64,000 nt of DNA from an uncultured bacterium (lineage in GTDB: Bacteria > Patescibacteriota > Minisyncoccia > UBA6257 > 2-01-FULL-56-20): positions 3,402 to 67,401 of the forward strand of contig CAWHOC010000018.1 of the NCBI GenBank assembly GCA_963830935.1. Direction: 5' to 3'. This document shows, one piece after another, positions 18,252 through 27,228 of the stretch (positions within the stretch are counted from its first letter, which is position 1; every line of letters begins with the position of its first letter). The notes under the pieces were generated by a model. That model searched no databases, had not been told where the DNA came from, and saw only the letters and a list, made by a program, of their open reading frames with translations. Both the position numbers and the translations under genes were made by a program.

Positions 18252-18322
18252 CGAAGTGGCAACATGGCGTGGTGCTCTTCATCACGTAGTAATAAAAAAG
18301 GTCCGGCAACGGGTCTTTTTTA
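18252..18322 (+). ncRNA. candidate ~70-nt sRNA or structured 3' trailer carrying an antisense block to the tRNA anticodon arm
   Basis: AAGTGGCAACATGGC (18254-18268) is the exact reverse complement of 18144-18158. It is followed by a small hairpin, then a terminator: A6, GGTCCG-GCAA-CGGGTC, T6 (18294-18321). Confidence 0.3.
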
Positions 18323-18388
18323 TTTATTTTAGATTCGTCATTTTCTGCTAATTTGAGAATCTAATTCTGATGGCTTTTAATGTAATTA

Positions 18389-18397
18389 TGTTATTCT
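18389..18397 (+). promoter_or_regulatory. extended -10 box (TGtTATTCT) 5 nt upstream of ATG 18403
   Basis: TGTTATTCT followed by aaacc, then ATG. Confidence 0.4.
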
Positions 18398-18402
18398 AAA
18401 CC

Positions 18403-18912
18403 ATGAGTAATCCCCAAATTTTTAAAGCTGATCCAAAAGCAGTAGATGCTGGCAAGGTTCTACAAAGCCTAACACTTTTGAGTTCGCTACCTGGCCGCCA
18501 TCCAACATCGAGCTTGGGAACCTTTGAGGGAAAAACGAAAAATACGAATGATCGTATTGCATTTGAGGATGATCAAGTAAGTGTTTACGAAGATCATCTT
18601 GAGCAAAAACATGGGACGGTAATAAGTGATATCTATTTCAAAGATATTACGGGCGTCGAGGTTTTGAGGACGCCCAAGGAGAAAGTAATTATGTATATCA
18701 CTATCAATTCAAAAAGCGGAGTGAATGTAGTCGCAGGTCTTGAAAAGATGGATGCAATTATGGCAATTATTGCTGGGCATATTGATCAGGGCTTTATCAA
18801 GGAAAGCACCATGGGAACTGCTTGGATTGCCAACTCTAAAAAGCTGACATTCTTTTTTGTCGTTGTCGTAATCGTATTGATTATAGTGATTGCTTTTAAC
18901 CTGAATAGATAA
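18403..18912 (+). CDS. hypothetical protein with a C-terminal TM anchor (AT-rich gene)
   Basis: 169-aa ORF with C-terminal FFFVVVVIVLIIVIAF. Composition is clearly more AT-rich than its neighbours. No family recognised. Confidence 0.45.
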   Translation: MSNPQIFKADPKAVDAGKVLQSLTLLSSLPGRHPTSSLGTFEGKTKNTNDRIAFEDDQVSVYEDHLEQKHGTVISDIYFKDITGVEVLRTPKEKVIMYITINSKSGVNVVAGLEKMDAIMAIIAGHIDQGFIKESTMGTAWIANSKKLTFFFVVVVIVLIIVIAFNLNR

Positions 18913-18970
18913 TTTGTTGGACCATCGTCTCATTCTACCCAACATTAAGTGGAGTGGTTAAATAAAGTGT

Positions 18971-19093
18971 GCGCCTCTGCTCCGCGCATACCCTTGAAGG
19001 GCGTCTCGGAGCCGCGAAGGCGGCGAGAGCCGAGGCGGCCGGTCAGCAGAACGGAACGCCGTACCTTCAAGGGTATGCGCGGAGCAGAGGCGC
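18971..19093. repeat. 123-nt GC-rich hairpin with perfect 30-bp inverted repeat arms
   Basis: GCGCCTCTGCTCCGCGCATACCCTTGAAGG (18971-19000) is exactly complementary to 19064-19093. The 63-nt interior contains nested hairpins: CTCGG..CCGAG enclosing GCCGC-GAAG-GCGGC. Confidence 0.9.
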
Positions 19094-19102
19094 CTATCTT
19101 AT

Positions 19103-19130
19103 TTGACTATCCGCGCGCGTTTGCTATACT
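19103..19130 (+). promoter_or_regulatory. rpsB promoter (leaderless)
   Basis: TTGACT, 16 nt, TATACT, 7 nt, then ATG at 19138. Confidence 0.55.
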
Positions 19131-19137
19131 TTCTCCT

Positions 19138-19938
19138 ATGCCCGAAGACACGGTAGTATCGATGCAAAACAACCAGACGTCCGGATATCCGGCGGAGGGG
19201 TCCCGCGAAATGATGGATGCGGGTGTTTTTTATGGCCGCAAAAAGAGCAAGACGAATCCGAAGATGCGGCCGTATGTGCTCGCGAATCGCGGCGGGATCG
19301 AGATCATTAACCTTCAGAAAACAGAAGAGATGATGGATACCGCGGCGGCATTTATCAAGGAGCGCGTGCGCAATAACGGACTGGTGTTGCTCGTCGGCAC
19401 CGAACCGGCGGCGGAGTTCTCGCTTACCGCGCTCGCAAAAAAGTTGAATCTCCCGTACGTCACGACCCGCTGGGTTGGCGGCGCGATCACAAACTTCAAG
19501 ATCATCGCCAAGCGCGTGGAACATCTGAAGCAGCTCCGCGCGGACCTCGCCTCCGGCGCACTCGTCAGCAAGTATACGAAGAAAGAACGTTTGGAAATGG
19601 AGCGTGAGATGAAGCGCCTGGAAGAGTTGATGGGCGGACTGGAGCTGATGACGAAAGAGCCGGACGTCGTGGTCATCGTCGATCCGATCCTACATCACAC
19701 CGCGCTCAGCGAAGCAAACACAAAGAAGATCCCGGTGGTCGCGCTCGCGAACGTGGATGCGGATCCGGACAAGATCGCGTATATCGTGCCGGGGAACGAC
19801 AAGGCGAAAAAGAGCATCGATTGGTTCCTGGAGCGCGTTGGCAAAGCATACGAAGAGGGAGTGAAGATGCGCGCGGTGGTGGCACCTGCCGCCCCGGCGG
19901 AAGCGGCAGCCGCTCCGGCACCGAAGACGGAAAAATAA
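19138..19938 (+). CDS. rpsB: 30S ribosomal protein S2
   Basis: MMDAGVFYGRKKSKTNPKM..GIEIINLQKT..LLVGTEP..RWVGGAITNF..VVIVDP..EANTKKIPVVALANVDADP. Ala/Pro-rich tail. Confidence 0.9.
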   Translation: MPEDTVVSMQNNQTSGYPAEGSREMMDAGVFYGRKKSKTNPKMRPYVLANRGGIEIINLQKTEEMMDTAAAFIKERVRNNGLVLLVGTEPAAEFSLTALAKKLNLPYVTTRWVGGAITNFKIIAKRVEHLKQLRADLASGALVSKYTKKERLEMEREMKRLEELMGGLELMTKEPDVVVIVDPILHHTALSEANTKKIPVVALANVDADPDKIAYIVPGNDKAKKSIDWFLERVGKAYEEGVKMRAVVAPAAPAEAAAAPAPKTEK

Positions 19939-19957
19939 ATTGCGGGCGAGAAAAAAG

Positions 19958-19966
19958 TGGTATAAT
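19958..19966 (+). promoter_or_regulatory. extended -10 box (TGgTATAAT) 8 nt upstream of the tsf ATG
   Basis: TGGTATAAT at 19958-19966; ATG at 19975. Confidence 0.45.
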
Positions 19967-19974
19967 TGAAAACT

Positions 19975-20438
19975 ATGGAAACCAAAACAGCGGTCAAAAC
20001 AGAGGCGGTTCAAAAATTACGGGAGATCACGAGCGCGGGCGTGATGGATTGCCGGAAGGCGCTCATCGAAGCGAACGGCGACATTGATGCCGCGGTCAAG
20101 ATCATCCGCGAGAAGGGTCTGGCAAAAGTTGAGAAGCGCGCGGACCGGGCGACCGGCGCCGGGCTCGTGGAATCGTATATTCATAACGACCGGATCGGCG
20201 TGTTGCTCCATTTGAGCGCGGAGACGGATTTTGTGGTGCGCTCGGCGCCGTTCAAGGCGCTCGCGCACGACCTCGCGATGCACATCGCGGCGGCCGCGCC
20301 GGCGAACGTCGAAGAATTGCTCGCTCAGCCATACATCAAAGACGAATCCCGGACGGTAAAGGATATCGTCGGACGAGGTGATCGCGAAGGTAGGGGAGAA
20401 CGTCACGGTCGAGCGAGTTCTATCGCATCGAAGCATAA
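19975..20438 (+). pseudogene. tsf: elongation factor Ts (short form), two frame changes near the 3' end
   Basis: VQKLREITSAGVMDCRKALIEANGDIDAAVKIIREKG..GAGLVESYIHNDRIGVLL..ETDFV..YIKDESRTVKDIV | VIAKVGENVTVER | FYRIEA*. Confidence 0.85.
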
Positions 20439-20452
20439 ATGGAAGTATCAAA

Positions 20453-20776
20453 ATGGAATTCGTCTTCACCATCATCCTGATGATCTGCCTCGGCACCGTG
20501 CTGTACCTTACGGTCCAGGCATTGCCGCGCATCGAAGAGGTGCCGTCGGATGAAAAAGGATTTTTGGAGCGATGGGCGCATTCGGAGGTGCCGGAAAAGA
20601 TCGATGCCGCGTTCAATAATTTTCTGGCAAAGTTTTTGCGCCGCACAAAAGTGCTCATCCTAAAGCTGGACAACATCCTCGCGCGGCATCTGCAAAAGAT
20701 AAAGCCGGAGGAGGACAAGCGCCCGAACATTGATTTTAAAGAGATTAGCGGGCAGAATAAGGAAGAGGAGAAATAG
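20453..20776 (+). CDS. small membrane-anchored hypothetical protein
   Basis: MEFVFTIILMICLGTVLYLTV.. (N-terminal TM). Forms the second half of ORF 20378..20776, starting 15 nt after the tsf stop. Confidence 0.45.
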   Translation: MEFVFTIILMICLGTVLYLTVQALPRIEEVPSDEKGFLERWAHSEVPEKIDAAFNNFLAKFLRRTKVLILKLDNILARHLQKIKPEEDKRPNIDFKEISGQNKEEEK

Positions 20777-20797
20777 GAGTGGAATAATTAAATAAAT

Positions 20798-20884
20798 GCG
20801 TCGGTGGCAGAGCGGTCAAATGCTCGAGACTGTAAATCTCGCGCCCTATGGGCTACGCAGGTTCGAATCCTGCCCGGCGCACCA
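20798..20884 (+). tRNA. tRNA-Tyr (GTA), long variable arm, encoded CCA
   Basis: Acceptor GCGTCGG/CCGGCGC, anticodon arm CGAGA-CTGTAAA-TCTCG, variable arm CGCCCTATGGGCTAC, T arm GCAGG-TTCGAAT-CCTGC, ACCA end. Confidence 0.95.
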
Positions 20885-20947
20885 AAAACAAAAAGGGGCG
20901 ATTGATGATGTCCCTGACCTTTTTTCCCTTTCATGACTGCTATTGTA

Positions 20948-21200
20948 CTACTTGAGTTGTCTTTTTTTGATTTCGGAGATGTCTTCCAACTCGTAGTCAC
21001 GGACGAGTAAAGCGTACTCCGTATCAGTTCCTTGCCGGTGTTCAAACCCTACAATCTCCAGGCCGATTTTTTTCGCGGCAATTTGTATTGACCTGGCAAT
21101 CACGAATTCCCACAGGAGAAGATCCGATCATCAATCGTTCTCCTGGGTATACTGCCCATTTTATCAAAGATAGAACATCGAGTCTCCTCCTTGGAGTATT
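20948..21200 (-). pseudogene. possible GNAT-type acetyltransferase remnant
   Basis: Minus-strand fragment ..GERLMIGSDLLLWEFVIARSIQIAAKKIGLEIVGFEHRQG..YALLVRDYE.. in at least two frames. Only vaguely GNAT-like. Confidence 0.2.
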
Positions 21201-21227
21201 TTCGCTGCGTTGCGTACTGATTGGATA

Positions 21228-21730
21228 CTAGGTGTCCAATAGGCCAAAGTCAAGCTTGGAATGGTATGTATGAAGCTGGTTCGAAAATGGTCCAGTCGGG
21301 TGCACACAATAATTACCCAGCAGCAGCGAGATAATCTTTGAGCCTCCCTTTGAGATGGGGAACGGCATCACTCGCGCAAGATAACAGCGGCACTCATCAA
21401 TTTCCATTTTTGGGGCCTCGGAGCCAAACACAATGGTGGCAAGTTGCTCTTTGGGGATACGAGCTGCCATAAAATAAGCACGTTGATTCAGGTCGTGCAT
21501 CGCGGGATACTCTTTTTGCCAAATAATCGCACCAGGGAGAAGATGAAGGGAAAACTCTTCCTTGATCTCTTGTGACGCATTCGAATCGGGGTTTCACTAT
21601 CTTCCCGGCCTCCGCCGGGGAAATCCCAACATATTGGCAATCCGCAGATCTGCCGCTTGTTGTCGCGTAAATATACCAGCAATTTGTCTCCAATGAAGAG
21701 ATCTATTTTTACTCCAACGAAGTCATTCAT
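21228..21730 (-). pseudogene. NUDIX hydrolase, frame changes near 21570-21590
   Basis: The NUDIX box GGGREDSETPIECVT(R)EIKEEF can be rebuilt across three frames (ORFs 21488..21730, 21397..21693, 21228..21500). One break sits at an AGAG repeat. Confidence 0.7.
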
Positions 21731-21806
21731 GTCGTTTACTATAGCAGAAACCCAGAGAACCGTTCGAATATCCTCGAATCGAGTGCACTAATGGTATGAT
21801 AATTTC

Positions 21807-21978
21807 ATGAAGCAACTAAAGATCTGCCCTCTTCGGCGACATTATTTTCATCTTTTGGATCGTGTACAACGGTATAGATGAAGGGTTCAAAAATATCGCT
21901 ACCATCCAGGGGATCGTGCCACTGGTGCTCATCGTTTTACTGATCTTAAACGTCACACTTTTATATAAATCAAAATGA
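21807..21978 (+). pseudogene. possible small membrane protein
   Basis: MKQLKI.. then ..LFGDIIFIFWIVYNGIDEGFKNIATIQGIVPLVLIVLLILNVTLLYKSK* after one frame change. The stop overlaps the next ATG. Confidence 0.25.
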
Positions 21979-22432
21979 TGGACATCGGCATCGATTACGT
22001 GGGCATCTCGACACCTTTTTACTGCAACGACGGCAAGGGACATTTTCTTCTCCATAAGCGGAGCGTGAACACGCGCGACAAACATGGCCGCTGGGATCCC
22101 GGTTCCGGCAAATTGGAGTTCGGAATGCAGCTTGAGGAAAACGTGCTTAAAGAGGTCGCCGAAGGAGACCGGCTGCGCCGGTATCATTCAGGAACAACTT
22201 CCCGCGCACACCATCCTCCGCGAATGGAACGGCAAGAAAACGCACTGGCTAGCGGTGCCATTCTTCCGTGAAAGTTGACCCGAAAGAGGCAAAGAACAAC
22301 GAGCCGCACAAGATCGACGAGATCGGCTGGTTCACACTGGACGGCCTTCCACAACCGCTGCATTCGGGATTCCAATACACCTTCAACCGCTATAAGACAT
22401 TTTTCGATAAATACCGCGGGCAGGGGACTTGA
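21975..22432 (+). pseudogene. NUDIX hydrolase, two frame changes
   Basis: GSGKLEFGMQLEENVLKEVAE | ETGCAGIIQEQLPAHTILREWNGKKTHWLAVPFF | VKVDPKEAKNNEPHKIDEIGWFTLDGLP.. Confidence 0.7.
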
Positions 22433-22465
22433 AACGAAAACATGAACCTGTTATAGTGATTCCCA

Positions 22466-23767
22466 ATGAGGCGCCATCCAGGCCTATTTTTATCGCTTAT
22501 CATCATCGTCGCGATCATCGGCGGGCATGTTCGTCTATCCGAAGGGTTCGGGAACCAGTTGAGCCGTGGAACCTTGGCCTCGATCTCGTCGGCGGCAGCC
22601 AACTGGTCTATCAGATAGATCTCTCCAAGGTCTCCTCGACGGACCAAGATTCCGTCGTTTCCGGTCTGCGCGATGTGATAGAAAAGCGCGTCAACCTGTT
22701 CGGCATCAGCGAGCCGGATGTCTACACCTCGCAGACGGTAATCAGGCACAGCTCATTGTGGACCTCGCCGGCGTCAACAATGTGAGCGATGCCATCAACG
22801 AGATCGGACAGACGCCGCTCCTGCAGTTCGAAACGGTGTGACGCCGGATCGAGCACGGCATCGACGGCATCGAGTTTCGCCGCTGAACGCGCTCAGCGCG
22901 GCGTCAACCACGCAATATATCCCGACGAACCTGACTGGGGAATACATCACGGGTGCGACAGCTGACATTCGACCCGACGACGAGCGCGCCGACAGGTGTC
23001 CATTTCGTTTAACGAGCCAGGGGGCGACAGATTTTCCAGAAGATGACGGCGGCGAATGTCGGCAAACCGCTCGCGATCTTCCTTGACAGCCAGCTGATAG
23101 AGGCGCCGATCGTGCAGGAGGCGATCTCCGGAGGGTCAGGCCGTCATCAGCGGCGGATTCACCGGGAGACCGCGCAGCAGCTCGTAGAGCGGTTCAACGC
23201 CGGCGCACTGCCCGCGCCGATCACACTCGAGAGCCAGCAGACGATCAGCCCGTCGCTCGGCTCCAATTCGCTCAATAAGTTGATCGTCGCCGGCATCATC
23301 GGCACCCTGCTCGTGATGCTCTTTATGATCTTCTATTACCGCCTACTCGGGCGTCTTCGCCGCGCTCGCGCTCGTGATCTACATCGCGCTCACACTCGGC
23401 GTTTTCAAACTGATCTCCGTCACGAATGAGCCTCGCGGGTCTCGCGGGATTCGTCCTCACGATCGGCATCGCCGTGGACGCGAACATCCTCATATTCGAA
23501 CGCATCAAAGAGGAGCTCAAGCGGGGACTGCCCAAGCTTCGGCGATCGAGGAAGGGTTCCGCCGCGCGTGGCCATCCATCCGCGATTCGAACACCTCCAC
23601 GATCATCACTGCCGATCATCCTGTATTTCTTCACCTCCAGCTTCGTGCAGGGCTTCGCGCTCACGCTCGGTATCGGAACGCTCGTCAGCTTGTTCAGCGC
23701 CATCACGACGACGCGGCTCTTCCTGCGCTTCTTCCTAAAAGACGATAAGACGCCGCCAAAAGCATAA
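22466..23767 (+). pseudogene. secD: protein translocase subunit SecD, many frame changes
   Basis: N-terminal TM, LGLDLVGGSQLVYQIDLS, RVNLFGISEPDV, VGKPLAIFLDSQLIEAPIVQEAISGG, then TM block GIIGTLLVMLFMIFYY..GFVLTIGIAVDANILIFERIKEE..WPSIRDSNTSTIITA, spread over about 8 ORF pieces. Confidence 0.85.
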
Positions 23768-23780
23768 ATAATCCACCACC

Positions 23781-24679
23781 ATGTTCAACATCGTAGGACA
23801 TAAAAAAATCTGGTTCACCCTCTCCATCATCCTGGTGGGCATTGCCGTCATCGCCGTCGCGGCATTCGGCTTCCAGCAGAGCGCAGAGTTGAAAGGTGGC
23901 ACGCTGTGGGAGTTCAAGATACCGGCACAAAATCTTGTCCGTGACGGATGTACAAAACGAGCTCGTTAACAATCTGCACATCACGGACGCGCAGGTGAGC
24001 TGCGATCCGGGCAACCAGTCGTTCCTCGTGATTTCGGATCCATCACCGAAGCGGCGCACCAGCAGTACATCACGGAGCTCCAGCAGGTCTGGCCGTCGTT
24101 CCAGGAACTGAGCTTCCAGTCCATCGGCCCTTCGGTCGGCGCCAATTTAAGGAATGATTCCATCATCGCGATCATCCTCGTGCTCGTCGGCATCTCGCTC
24201 TACATCGCGTTCGCGTTCCGGAAGGCGTCGCGCCCGATCAGTTCGTGGAAGTACGGATGGATCACGCTCCTGACCTTGTTCCACGACGTCGCGATCCCGG
24301 CGGGCATGCTCGCCATCCTCGGCCACTTCGCGAATGTGCAGCTCAATCGGACATCATCGTGGCGCTCCTCGTCGTCATGGGCTTCTCCGTGCACGATACG
24401 ATCGTGGTCTTCGACCGCATCCGCGAAAACCTTTTCGACCATCGCGGCAAGATGCCGTTCGCCACGATCGTGAACGATAGCGTGAACCAGACGCTCGCGC
24501 GCTCCATCAACACCTCGCTCACGTTGATCCTCGTCCTGCTCGCGCTCTACTTCGTGGGTCCGGCGGACCTCCAATACTTCGTGTTGACGCTGCTTGTGGG
24601 AGTGACGACGGGTATCTACTCGTCGATCTTCATCGCAAGCCCGGCGCTCGTGGTGACGAGTCGGAACGAGAGCGTCTAG
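23781..24679 (+). pseudogene. secF: protein translocase subunit SecF, about 3 frame changes
   Basis: MFNIVGHKKIWFTLSIILV..GPSVGANLRNDSIIAI..FRKASRPISSWKYG..LFHDVAIPAGMLAILG | DIIVALLVVMGFSVHDTIVVFDRIREN. Confidence 0.85.
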
Positions 24680-24807
24680 CGACGGCGAGTAGGGTTATCC
24701 CCAGTTTCTTGACTACGCTTATAATTTAGTTTAATATGTTTTAGAATAGTACAGGATAAATCGAGTGCAGTCCAGACCGAGCCGTGAGGGGCTAGGGCAA
24801 TGGGCAC

Positions 24808-24836
24808 TTGACATTAATATCAATATAATATACAAT
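24808..24836 (+). promoter_or_regulatory. sigma70-like promoter upstream of the 24854 gene
   Basis: TTGACA (24808-24813), 17 nt, TACAAT (24831-24836). Confidence 0.5.
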
Positions 24837-24853
24837 ATCCCTGATATAAACAT

Positions 24854-25882
24854 ATGGCATCCATCATAAAGATCATCGCGACTTCATTGAATGGCCTTAA
24901 CCCCCGCCAAAAGGAGGTTATTACGGCCCGTTTTGGCTTGGACGGCAAGACCGACGGGGAAACGCTCGCCGCGATCGGCGACCGGATGAACGTCACCCGC
25001 GAGCGGGTGCGCCAGATCGAGAACGGCGCGATCGCGCTCGTAAAGGCAAATATCGTAAGAACCCGGAAGCGGGCGCTGTTTTGGATAAAGTGAAGAAGTT
25101 CATCGCCGCGCGCGGAGGGGTCTCCGGCAAGGCGGACGTGGTCCGGTACGCGACGACGCTCACGAGCGGCGTGCGCGAGAACCATCTGGACTTCCTCGCG
25201 GAGGCATCCGGCGTTTTCAATCTTCACCGCGAGGACGATGCCTTCAAGCCGTTCTATTATGTGAGCGATAAGGACCTCAAGACCGCGAGCGCGTTCGTGA
25301 ACGGCTGGGTGGGATTCCTGAAATCGCACAAGGAGAAAGTGTTCAGCGATTCGTACCAGGTCCAGCTCGCCAGTTTCGTAAAGACGAAGTCCGTCGACCG
25401 GGAGGTCGCGGAGAACTATTTGAGCATCGCGAAGCAGATCGACACGAACCCGTACGGCGACGTAGGCCTGCACGAGTGGCCCGAGATCAGTCCGGCGACC
25501 GTGCGCGACAAGATCTATCTCGTCCTCAAAAAGAAAGCGGAGCCGCTGCACTTCGAGGATATCGCCACGCAATCAACAAGGTTGGATTTTGACGACCAGA
25601 AGGCGCTCGCGCCGACCGTGCACAACGAACTTATTAAGGATAACCGCTTCGTGCTCGTCGGTCGCGGCATGTACGGCCTGAAGGAACACGGCTATGAACC
25701 GGTACCGCGCGCGAGGTGATCGCGAAAGTTTTGAAGACGAAGGGTCCGCTAAGGCGAACGACGTCGTGACGCACGTGAACGCCCAGCGCTTCTTCAAGCC
25801 GAACACGATCCTCATCAATCTCCAGAACCGCAACTTCTTTGAGCGCATGAACGACGGCAGGTACCGCGTCCGGGAATCCTAA
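24854..25882 (+). pseudogene. sigma-70 region-4-like HTH protein with C-terminal winged-helix (HARE-HTH-like) modules, two frame changes
   Basis: LNPRQKEVITARFGLDGKTDGETLAAIGDRMNVTRERVRQIENGAIALV (sigma r4 pattern). Later IYLVLKKKAEPLHFEDIA..VHNELIKDNRFVLVGRGMYGLKEHGY and ..VIAKVLKTKGPL..FERMNDGRYRV. Confidence 0.55.
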
Positions 25883-25937
25883 GACCGGAAAGCCCGACTA
25901 GACCGTTTACAACGCAGAAAGTTGATAATTGTCATAT

Positions 25938-27208
25938 ATGGGTAACATATTTTTCGGCATCATTCACAGAGCATCCTCGTCGTTTGGAACGCGGTGTGGT
26001 GGTTCGTGTTGCCGCTCATTGGTCTTCTCATCCTCTGGGAAGCCTGGCTTTTGCATCTTCATTGGAAGTGGGTCACCCATATCAAATGGAAGATCCTTGA
26101 GATCAAAGTGCCGAAGAACATCCTTAAGACGCCGAAGGCGATGGAGCAGATCTTTGCCGCCGCGCACGCGCCGTACACCTACGGCATTTCGCCGTATCGT
26201 AAATATTGGCTCGGGCAGGAGGAATACTGGATGATCTTCGAGCTTATCGCCAAGGCCGGCGAGACGCATTTTTATCTCCGCGTGCCGGCCGAGTTCCGGA
26301 ACATGATGGAGTCCGCGATCTATGCGGCATACCCGGAAGCCGAGATCACGGAAGCGGACGATTACCTGGACGAGATGCCGCACATCCTCCCAAACGAGAC
26401 GTTCGACGTCAATGGTTTGGAAGAAGTGATGCGCCACGAAATTATCTTCCGATCCGAACCTATCTCGCGTTCGAAGATCCCACGGAAGAGCGCCGCATCG
26501 ATACCATCGCGCCACTCATGGAGGCAATGTCCAAATTGAAGGGCGACGAACAGATGTGGTTTCAGGTAGTCATCAAGCCGACGGGCGAGGCGTTCCGCAA
26601 GGAAGGGGAGGAGAGAGATAAAGAAACTCCTCGGGATCGAAGAAAAGAAAAAGGCCAGCATGTGGCCGAAGTTGGATCTTGGCATCACCATGGGCGAAGC
26701 GCTCCGGGCGCCGTTCCAGCACCCGGGCGAAGCGGACGCCCATAAAAACAATAAAGAGGAAAAGTTCCCGCGCTTTTTGATGACGCCGAACGATAAAGAG
26801 ATGGCCGACGCCATCCATCTCAAGATCTCCAAGATCGCGTTCGAGGCGACGCTGCGCTTCGTGTATATAGAGCGGCGCGGCGCCACGGCGGATACCGGCC
26901 ACGTCAATTCCATCCACGGCTTCATCCGCCAGTTCAATACGCAGAATCTGAATCAGTTGAAGCCATACACCGCGACATCGACGGCGGGCTATACGGTCAA
27001 AGGCATGTTCAAGAAGACCCGCATCCGGGCAAAGAAGCATTATCTCTATGAGAACTATCGCCATTTCGCCCCGATGCATCACGAGTCCATCCTCAACATT
27101 GAGGAGCTCGCGAGCGTGTACCACTTCCCATTGGCGGTCGTATCGACGACCGAGCTTGAAAAGGTGGAATCGCGGAAGGGGAGTCCGCCGACATCGCTTC
27201 CTATATGA
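25938..27208 (+). pseudogene. membrane-anchored protein of unknown function, partner of the downstream ATPase; at least 3 frame changes
   Basis: N-terminal helices (WWFVLPLIGLLILWEAWLL), then KILEIKVPKNILKTPKAMEQIF..FELIAKAGETHFYLRVP..YPEAEI..MWFQVVIKP..LRFVYIERRG..LASVYHFPL. Pieces in ORFs 25929.., 25994.., 26206.., 26660..27208. Confidence 0.5.
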
Positions 27209-27228
27209 GGAATCGAGGATAATATAAT

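Noticed and set aside
18060-18330. tmRNA or a two-piece tmRNA, because of the G3:U70 acceptor and a TTCGA-type T arm.
   Set aside because: The acceptor strands are only 72 nt apart (tRNA size). There is no tag-peptide reading frame or pseudoknot region, and the 5' sequence does not resemble tmRNA.
21760-21792. An att-like repeat of the tRNA-Tyr 3' end (GTTCGAATATCCTCG..GCAC versus GGTTCGAATCCTGCC..GCAC) that would delimit an island.
   Set aside because: The match needs gaps and reaches only short blocks (GTTCGAAT, CCT, GCAC). No integrase lies between the copies. It is too weak to claim.
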